Source: an uncultured delta proteobacterium
GTDB lineage: Bacteria; Desulfobacterota; Binatia; DP-6
Length of the DNA stretch: 64,000 bases
NCBI GenBank assembly: GCA_963815115.1
Contig: CAWFFN010000005.1
Span: 544,001 to 608,000, forward strand
Direction: 5' to 3'
Part shown: piece by piece, positions 57,912 to 64,000 of the stretch
Layout of the letters: each line of letters starts with the position of its first letter
Numbering within the stretch: position 1 is the stretch's first letter
The notes under the pieces: generated by a model
What the model was told of the DNA's origin: nothing
Database searches by the model: none
The model's input: the letters and a program-made list of their open reading frames with translations, nothing else
Position numbers and translations under genes: made by a program

Positions 57912-59144
57912 TCAGTCGACGCTGGCGCCCTTGGCAATGACGACGATCCCGCCCTCGCTCACGGTGAAGCGCCTGCGGTCGTCCTCGGGATCGACGCCGA
58001 TGGTCGCCCCGGGCGGGATGACCACGCCCTTGTCGATGATGGCGCGCCGGATGCGTGCGTTGCGGCCGACCTCGACGTCGTCGAACAGGATCGACTCGCG
58101 CACCGAGGAGTAGCTGTTGACGCGGACGCGCGGGCCCAGGATGGAGCGGTTCACGCGGCCGCCGCTGATGATGCAGCCCTCGCACACCATCGAGTCGGTG
58201 GCGATGCCGAAGCGGTTGCGCTGACGATCGGAGAAGACGAACTTCGCAGGGGGAGAGGGGTAGTACGCGGAGAAGACCGGCCACTCGGGGTTGTAGAGGC
58301 TGAAGCACGGCGAGACCGAGACCAGGTCCTCGGAGGCGTCCCAGTAGGCGTCGATGGTCCCGATGTCACGCCAGTAACCGCGCTCGTGCTCGTTCATGCC
58401 CGGAACATCGTTGGTGCTGAAGTCGTAGGCGAACAGCCGGCCGTCGACCAGGCCGGGCAGGATGTCGCGCCCGAAGTCGTGCGTCGAGTCGGCATGGCCG
58501 GCGTCGGCCTTGATGCTGCGCGTGAGCACCTCGGCGCGGAAGATGTAGAGGCCCATCGAGGCGAGCCGCGTCCCGGTGGCGTCGGGCGGGATCGGCGGCT
58601 TCTCGAGGAAGCGCGTCACCCGCTGGGAGGAGTCGCACTCGACGATGCCGAGGCCGCTCGCCTCACTCGCCGGCACCGGGATCACGGCGACGGTGGCGTC
58701 GGCCTCGTGCTCGACGTGGAAGGCGAGCATCTGGCGCACGTCCATCTTGTAGATGTGGTCGGCCCCGAAGACGCAGACGTGCGCGGGCCGCTCGTTCTCG
58801 ATCACGTCGACGTTCTGGAGCACCGCGTCTGCGCTGCCCTCGAAGAAGCGCGGGCCGAGGTTCATGGCGGGCGGCACCGGGGCGACGTAGTGCCCCATCT
58901 GGGTCGCCAGCTGCCAGCCCCGCGCCAGGTGCTGCATGAGCGAGCCCGCCTTGTACTGCGTGATCACGCTCAGCTTGTAGATGCCGGAGTTCACGAAGTT
59001 CGACAGCACGATGTCGACGATCCGGTAGCGGCCCCCGAAGGGGACCGCGGGCTTCGCCCGGTCGCGCGTCAGCGGATACAGGCGCTTGCCCTCGCCCCCG
59101 GCGAGGATGATGCCGACCACCGCGGTGCCGGGCGAGGAGGACAT
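57912..59144 (-). CDS. glgC: Glucose-1-phosphate adenylyltransferase
   Basis: LAGGEGKRLYPLT.DRAKPAVPFGGRYR, GADHIYKMD, ASMG.Y, DFG.DI.P, YWRDIGT; C-terminal left-handed beta-helix. Confidence 0.95.
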   Translation of the reverse strand: MSSSPGTAVVGIILAGGEGKRLYPLTRDRAKPAVPFGGRYRIVDIVLSNFVNSGIYKLSVITQYKAGSLMQHLARGWQLATQMGHYVAPVPPAMNLGPRFFEGSADAVLQNVDVIENERPAHVCVFGADHIYKMDVRQMLAFHVEHEADATVAVIPVPASEASGLGIVECDSSQRVTRFLEKPPIPPDATGTRLASMGLYIFRAEVLTRSIKADAGHADSTHDFGRDILPGLVDGRLFAYDFSTNDVPGMNEHERGYWRDIGTIDAYWDASEDLVSVSPCFSLYNPEWPVFSAYYPSPPAKFVFSDRQRNRFGIATDSMVCEGCIISGGRVNRSILGPRVRVNSYSSVRESILFDDVEVGRNARIRRAIIDKGVVIPPGATIGVDPEDDRRRFTVSEGGIVVIAKGASVD

Positions 59145-59246
59145 CGAGGAGGGAGGCTATAGCACGAGGTGAAGAGCGCGCCGCCAGCGCCAGCGCCGCC
59201 AGCGCCATTGACGGCGACGGCGTGGCTCGGCTAGCGGTGCGCCGCA

Positions 59247-59969
59247 ATGGGGGGCTCACCGTCGCCGTCCCGCACCCTCGACAGGCTGGGGCTGGTCGCC
59301 GTCCTGGGCCTCGTTCTCGGGCCGCTGCTCGCCTGGCTGCGCCTGGTTCCGGGGATCGTCGGCTTCGCCACCTTTGCCCTGGGCGGCATCCTCGCCCTGG
59401 TGGTGGCGATCCTGGGCGTGATCCGGGCCCTCCGTGGCCGCGGCTACGGACGGGGGGTGCTGGTCGCCACGCTCGGCCTGCTCGCCTTCGTCGCCCTGGC
59501 CGCCCGGGGGCGCGGCGCGCCGCGCATCAACGACTTCACCACCGACCTCGACGATCCACCGGCGTTCAAGCAGGCGGCCGCCGATCCGGCCAATGCGGGA
59601 CGCGACCTGTCGTACCCGCGAGATTTTACCGAGGTGCAGCGGGCCTGCTGCAACGATCTCGCGCCGATCCATCTGCCGAGCCCGCCGGCGGCGGCGTTCG
59701 CGATGGTCGAGCTGGTGGCAGCCGGCATGCCGAGCTGGACGATCACGCGCCAGGAATCCGCCGCCGGTGAGCTCGAGGCGGTGACGACGACACCGCTCTT
59801 CGGCTTCCACGACGACGTCATCGTGCGCGTACGCCCGGACGCCGGTGGCGGCAGCCGCGTCGACATGCGCTCGAAATCGCGGGTCGGCCAGGGAGACCTC
59901 GGCGCCAACGCGGCCCGCATTCGCGCATTCCAGGCGGCGCTCCAGGCGCGCCAGCACAAGGCGCGATGA
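59247..59969 (+). CDS. DUF1499 domain membrane protein
   Basis: PRINDFTTD, TPLFGFHDDV.VRV, VDMRSKSRVGQGDLGANAARI. Confidence 0.88.
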   Translation: MGGSPSPSRTLDRLGLVAVLGLVLGPLLAWLRLVPGIVGFATFALGGILALVVAILGVIRALRGRGYGRGVLVATLGLLAFVALAARGRGAPRINDFTTDLDDPPAFKQAAADPANAGRDLSYPRDFTEVQRACCNDLAPIHLPSPPAAAFAMVELVAAGMPSWTITRQESAAGELEAVTTTPLFGFHDDVIVRVRPDAGGGSRVDMRSKSRVGQGDLGANAARIRAFQAALQARQHKAR

Positions 59970-61075
59970 AGCGCCTGCTGCTGGGGCTCGTCGCCCTGGT
60001 GGTCCTCGGCGCCCTCGCGATCCGCTGCGGCTTCGCAGGCGGCGCGCGCCTGGAGGACCGGACCGGTCCGCCCGCCCTGGCCGGCGACGCGATCGAGCGC
60101 GTCGCCGATCTCGACCATCCGCCGGGCAACATCGCCGTGACGCCGGACGGACGCGTGTTCTTCACGTTCCACCCCGACGGCGGAGCTCCCATCGCGGTGG
60201 CGGAGCTGCGCGACGGAAAACCGGTGGCGTTTCCGCCTGGCTTCACCGAGTTCCAGAGCGTGCTCTCGGTGCGCGTCGACCGTCAGGGACGCCTGTGGGC
60301 GCTCGACCATGGACGCTACGGGCGCGGGCAGCCGCGGCTGCTCGCCTTCGATCCCGCGACGGGGCGCGAGCTCCAGCGCTACGACTTCCCGTCCGACGTC
60401 GCCGGGCTGTTCTCCATGCTGAACGACTTCCAGATCGACCCGGCCGGTGAGCGCATCTACATCGCCGAGTCGAGTCCGATCGTCGGAAGGCCCGCGCTCA
60501 TCGTGTACGACACGCGGTCGCGCACGAGCCGGCGCCTCCTGCACCGTCATTCCTCGGTGCGCACGGAGGACTACCGCATCCAGGCCCCGGGCCGGGACAT
60601 GACCCTGCTCGGGCTCTTCACGCTTCGCATCGGCGTCGACACGATCGCGCTCGACCGCCGCGGCGAGTGGCTCTACTACGGGCCCGTCACCGGCGGCACG
60701 CTGTACCGCGTGCGCACGGCGGATCTGAACGATACGAGCCTCTCACCCGAGGCGCTCGCATCGCGCGTCGAGCCCTACGCGAAGAAGACCATCAGCGACG
60801 GCGCCAGCAGCGACGATCAGGGCCGCATCTACCTGACCGATCCCGAACACTCGGCCGTGCTGACGGTCGAGCCCGACCGCACGCTGCGCACCGTCGTGAA
60901 GGACCCGCGGCTGCGCTGGCCCGACGGGCTGAGCTTCGGGCCGGACGGGTGGGTCTATCTCACCTGTAGCGCGCTGGAGGACGTGCTCTTCCGCTCCGCC
61001 GGCGCGCGGCGCGCGCACGCGCCGTATCAGATCTGGCGCTTCAAGCCGGGCGGGACCGCGCCGGCCGGACAGTAG
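59966..61075 (+). CDS. Major royal jelly protein/yellow-like beta-propeller protein
   Basis: PGNIAVTPDGRVF, SVRVD..GRLWALDHG, LNDFQID, GVDTIALD, LRWPDGLS. Confidence 0.8.
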   Translation: MKRLLLGLVALVVLGALAIRCGFAGGARLEDRTGPPALAGDAIERVADLDHPPGNIAVTPDGRVFFTFHPDGGAPIAVAELRDGKPVAFPPGFTEFQSVLSVRVDRQGRLWALDHGRYGRGQPRLLAFDPATGRELQRYDFPSDVAGLFSMLNDFQIDPAGERIYIAESSPIVGRPALIVYDTRSRTSRRLLHRHSSVRTEDYRIQAPGRDMTLLGLFTLRIGVDTIALDRRGEWLYYGPVTGGTLYRVRTADLNDTSLSPEALASRVEPYAKKTISDGASSDDQGRIYLTDPEHSAVLTVEPDRTLRTVVKDPRLRWPDGLSFGPDGWVYLTCSALEDVLFRSAGARRAHAPYQIWRFKPGGTAPAGQ

Positions 61076-61183
61076 GGCAACGCGCTCGCGAGGAGGCGAA
61101 CCCATGTCGCTGGCCGGGTTGGCTGCCGGACGCCGCCGGTCATGATGCGGCCTCCGACCAGGCGCTTGCGACGCGCTGCCCCT

Positions 61184-61204
61184 ATGTTGTTACAGTTATC
61201 ACAT
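61184..61204 (+). promoter_or_regulatory. Extended -10 and imperfect palindromic operator of the TA operon
   Basis: AT-rich ATGTTGTTACAGTTATCACAT; TGtTACAGT ends 7 nt before the ATG. Confidence 0.5.
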
Positions 61205-61538
61205 GGCGGTCGTGAGGCTGAAGGTCGCGCGGATCGGCAATTCGCGCGGCGTGCGCCTGCCTGCCGCCTCACTGCGGCGCTACCGCATCGGCGGGACGGT
61301 CCTGATGGAGGAGCGGAGCGAGGGCATCCTGCTGCGGCCGACCGGGCCGGCGGTGGAGAAAATGTCGTGGGAGGAGACCGCGCGCGAGATGGCCGCGAGC
61401 CACGAGGACTGGACGGTGTGGGACTCCACGAACGCCGACGGGCTGGACGAGGTGCCCTGGCAGGAAGACCGACCGCGTCGATCCACGGGGCCGGGAAACC
61501 GCCGCCGGGCCACGGCTGGTCCGCGCAGGCGGCGATGA
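61203..61538 (+). CDS. AbrB/MazE family antitoxin
   Basis: KVARIGNSRGVRLP...EGILLRP. Confidence 0.85.
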   Translation: MAVVRLKVARIGNSRGVRLPAASLRRYRIGGTVLMEERSEGILLRPTGPAVEKMSWEETAREMAASHEDWTVWDSTNADGLDEVPWQEDRPRRSTGPGNRRRATAGPRRRR

Positions 61539-61855
61539 AACGCTACGAGATCCGTTGGACGGCTGTCGATCCGATCCAGGGCGCCGAGATGGCGAAGACC
61601 CGTCCAGCGGTGATCGTCAGCCTGGACGCCCTGAACCGACGCTTGCAGACGGTGGTGGTCTGCCCGCTGACGAGTCAGTTGCATCCCGCCTGGCGCTCGC
61701 GATTGCCGGTGCGATGCGGCGGTCGTCCGGCGGAGGTCGCCGTGGATCAGATCCGGACCGTGAGCAAGGCCAGGCTGGGTGACAAGGTCGGCTCGCCGAG
61801 CAGGGATGAGGCTGCGGCCCTGCGCCGGGTCATCACCGAGATGTACGGTGAATAG
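61535..61855 (+). CDS. PemK/MazF family toxin
   Basis: MKRYEIRW..DPIQGAEMAKTRPAVIVS..N...VVCPLTS, DQIRTVSK.RL; ATGA overlap with the antitoxin. Confidence 0.88.
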   Translation: MKRYEIRWTAVDPIQGAEMAKTRPAVIVSLDALNRRLQTVVVCPLTSQLHPAWRSRLPVRCGGRPAEVAVDQIRTVSKARLGDKVGSPSRDEAAALRRVITEMYGE

Positions 61856-61885
61856 TCGGGCGCGCGGCAAGCGTCTCGTAGGAGC

Positions 61886-62545
61886 CTAGCCACGCGGCCC
61901 GTCGATCTGGAGCAGCAATGTCGGCACGCCTGCGGTGCCCGAGCGCACGGTCGCGACCGTGGTGCCCGGGCGCATGCCGCGACGCACCTCGCTCACGTCG
62001 GTCCCACCCGCGAGGAGGCGATCGCGCCACGCGACCAGATCGGGAACGCGGTAGCTGACGCCGTGGAGACGGTCGCTCCCCGGCTCACCCGCGGGAACCG
62101 GCAGCGGGCAGGCATACTCGAGGGTGATGCCCCCGCTGCGAAAGAAGAGGAGACGAAGGTTGCGCTCCGGAAACTCGCGATCGAGCGCCAGCCGGAGGCC
62201 GAGCCGATCGCGCCAGAGCGCGATGGCGCGCGCCGGATCGACCGTGTGCACCACGACGTGGTCGATGGCCGGCGCCGGCTCGGGGGGGACGGGCGCGTCG
62301 TCTTCCGGCTCGACCACGACGTCGATCCCGTGCGCCGCCGGCACCACCGACTCGCCGGCGTCGGCGACGAAGCACACCGCGCGGAGACCGGGAGCGCCCC
62401 CGCCGACGTCCACCCGCCCGTGTCCCAGCCGGAAACGCATCCCACCGCCGGCGAGCGGGGAGCCCGGAACCTGGAGGAGGAGCTCGTAGGCGCCGGTCGC
62501 CGCCGCCACGTCCTCGCTGCCGATGCGCACGCCGGCGAGCCGCAT
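61886..62545 (-). CDS. VOC/glyoxalase family protein
   Basis: IDHVVVHT.D..RA...W.D.LGL; second module ending V.SGTAGVPTLL. Confidence 0.75.
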   Translation of the reverse strand: MRLAGVRIGSEDVAAATGAYELLLQVPGSPLAGGGMRFRLGHGRVDVGGGAPGLRAVCFVADAGESVVPAAHGIDVVVEPEDDAPVPPEPAPAIDHVVVHTVDPARAIALWRDRLGLRLALDREFPERNLRLLFFRSGGITLEYACPLPVPAGEPGSDRLHGVSYRVPDLVAWRDRLLAGGTDVSEVRRGMRPGTTVATVRSGTAGVPTLLLQIDGPRG

Positions 62546-62612
62546 GCCGGATCGCTAGCGCGGGCGGCGCTTTGCAAGCAAGGGCCCGCCCGCTACGTTC
62601 TCGGTCGGTATC

Positions 62613-64000
62613 ATGCGGCGGTGGCTCATCGCGGTGGCGGTCGCGTGCGCGCTGCTCGGCGGCATCCTCGCCGTGGCGGCCGCGAACCTGGGGCGGTTCC
62701 TGGACGCGCAGCGGGAGCGGCTCGTGACGGCGGTGCAGGCGGAGATCGGACGCCCGGTCGAGTTCGGCGGCATCGGCGTCTCGCTCCGCGGCGGTCTGGG
62801 CGTGCGCGTCGCGGACGTGCGCGTGCCGGACGATCCGGCCTGGAGCGATGGGGACGTGCTGCGCGCGGCCGAGGTGCGGGTCGCGATCCGGGTTTTGCCG
62901 GCGTTGCTCGGACGCATCGAGCCCGGACGCATCACCGTGGGCGCGCCCGTTCTCACCGTCATCCGCGACCAGCGCGGCCTGAACCTCGACACGCTGGGGC
63001 CGGAGCCGCGGTCGCGCCGGGAGCGAACCCCCGAGGAGCGCAAGGAGAACCGCTCCCGGGTGCCGCTCGTGCTCGCGCTCCTCGAGGTGCGCGACGGCGA
63101 GATCCACTATCTCGACCGGCGGGCTCCGCAGCCGCAGGAGCTCACGGTTCGCCAGCTCGAGGTCTCCGCCTCGGATGCGAGTCTCACGCATCCCGTCACA
63201 GTCCAGGCGGCGGCCGCGTTGCTCGACGCGGAGCGCCGGAATCTCGAGGTGAAGGGCTCGATCGGGCCGCTCGGCGATCCGCCGGATGCGGCCGTCGTGC
63301 CTCTCGATCTCGAGGTGACGGCTTCACCGGTGGACCTTCCGGCGTTGCGACGGCTTGCCGGCGCTCTCGACGTCGCGCTGCCGGCGCAGCTCTCGGCCGA
63401 CGGACCGCTCGCGCTCCGCGGGCGCGCGCAGGGCACGCTCGATCAGCACTCCATCGAGGCCGGGCTCGACGCCACGAATGCGGCCGTGCGCTGGGGTACC
63501 GACTTCGCCAAGCTCGGTGACCTGCCGCTTCGTGCCGACCTGTCGGGAGTGCGCGACGGCGGCGGGCTCGTGCTGCGCCGTGCGACGCTCCAGCTCGGGG
63601 AAGGGCGGCTCGATGTCGCGGGGACGATGCGGCCGGGCCCTCGTCCCGACGTGGACGTGACCGTCGATTCGAATCGCGCCCCGCTCGCCCAGCTCGCGGC
63701 CTGCATCCCGGCGGTCGCGGGCAGCGAGGTCGGAGGCACCGCGGAGGCCCATCTGACGGTCCGGGGCGAGCTGGCCGGCAAGCCGCTGCCCGCGGTGGGC
63801 GGCACCGTCGCGCTGGCCGACGTGCACGGGCGCCGCCGTCCCGGCGAGCCGGAAGTCTCGAACCTGACGACGGCGCTCGCCGTCGGCGACGGCCTCGTTC
63901 GCATGCCCGCGAGCGCCTTCCGGATCGGGGATGCGCGGGTCGAGGCCGGCGGAACGTTCGCCATGGCCGAGCGCCTCCTCACCGTCGAGCGCGCCAGCGC
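62613..64000 (+). CDS. AsmA family protein (3' end outside window)
   Basis: MRRWLIAVAVACALL...IGRPVEFGGI.V...DV.V.DDP.W....LRA..V.V..RVLPALLGRIE...P.L.VIRD..G.N; read as open to the window end. Confidence 0.8.
   Translation, partial: MRRWLIAVAVACALLGGILAVAAANLGRFLDAQRERLVTAVQAEIGRPVEFGGIGVSLRGGLGVRVADVRVPDDPAWSDGDVLRAAEVRVAIRVLPALLGRIEPGRITVGAPVLTVIRDQRGLNLDTLGPEPRSRRERTPEERKENRSRVPLVLALLEVRDGEIHYLDRRAPQPQELTVRQLEVSASDASLTHPVTVQAAAALLDAERRNLEVKGSIGPLGDPPDAAVVPLDLEVTASPVDLPALRRLAGALDVALPAQLSADGPLALRGRAQGTLDQHSIEAGLDATNAAVRWGTDFAKLGDLPLRADLSGVRDGGGLVLRRATLQLGEGRLDVAGTMRPGPRPDVDVTVDSNRAPLAQLAACIPAVAGSEVGGTAEAHLTVRGELAGKPLPAVGGTVALADVHGRRRPGEPEVSNLTTALAVGDGLVRMPASAFRIGDARVEAGGTFAMAERLLTVERAS

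Noticed and set aside
59176-59210. Short tandem repeat of CGCCGCCAGCGCCA between glgC and the DUF1499 gene
   Set aside because: Low-complexity GC sequence with two copies only; no functional evidence

Overview
High-GC bacterial chromosomal segment with about 60 CDS. The gene content (many LLM/F420 oxidoreductases and SDRs, a thiolase + OB-fold pair, Cys-rich secreted proteins, beta-propeller di-haem proteins, AsmA) suggests a diderm soil/aquatic organism such as Candidatus Binatia; this is inference only. Recognisable housekeeping genes are few: fused trpE(G), glgC, bcp. Signals read directly from the sequence: (1) a complete 2.0-kb IS1595-family element at 39145-41141 with 29-bp terminal inverted repeats, an 8-bp target duplication GTCAAGCA, a small basic ORF and a more AT-rich passenger gene; (2) a Trp attenuator absent from the ORF track (leader MITNRMPALRRWWWPLD with alternative hairpins) ahead of trpE(G); (3) four type II toxin-antitoxin pairs, three flanked by gene debris, including two apparently consecutive pieces of one domain in permuted order around 16.5-24.1 kb; (4) a TetR locus with a perfect 23-bp operator and a QueG-like 4Fe-4S/SCP2 fusion upstream of thiolase/OB-fold genes; (5) a CbbQ/NorQ + VWA pair with no Rubisco or Nor genes in the window, near a di-iron ferritin-like gene; (6) two beta-propeller + di-haem bCCP/MauG-like proteins, one coupled to a small Cys-rich secreted protein. 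Several frameshifts and truncations may be assembly errors. No rRNA, tRNA or CRISPR array was seen. Family assignments come from motif recognition by eye, not from database searches.
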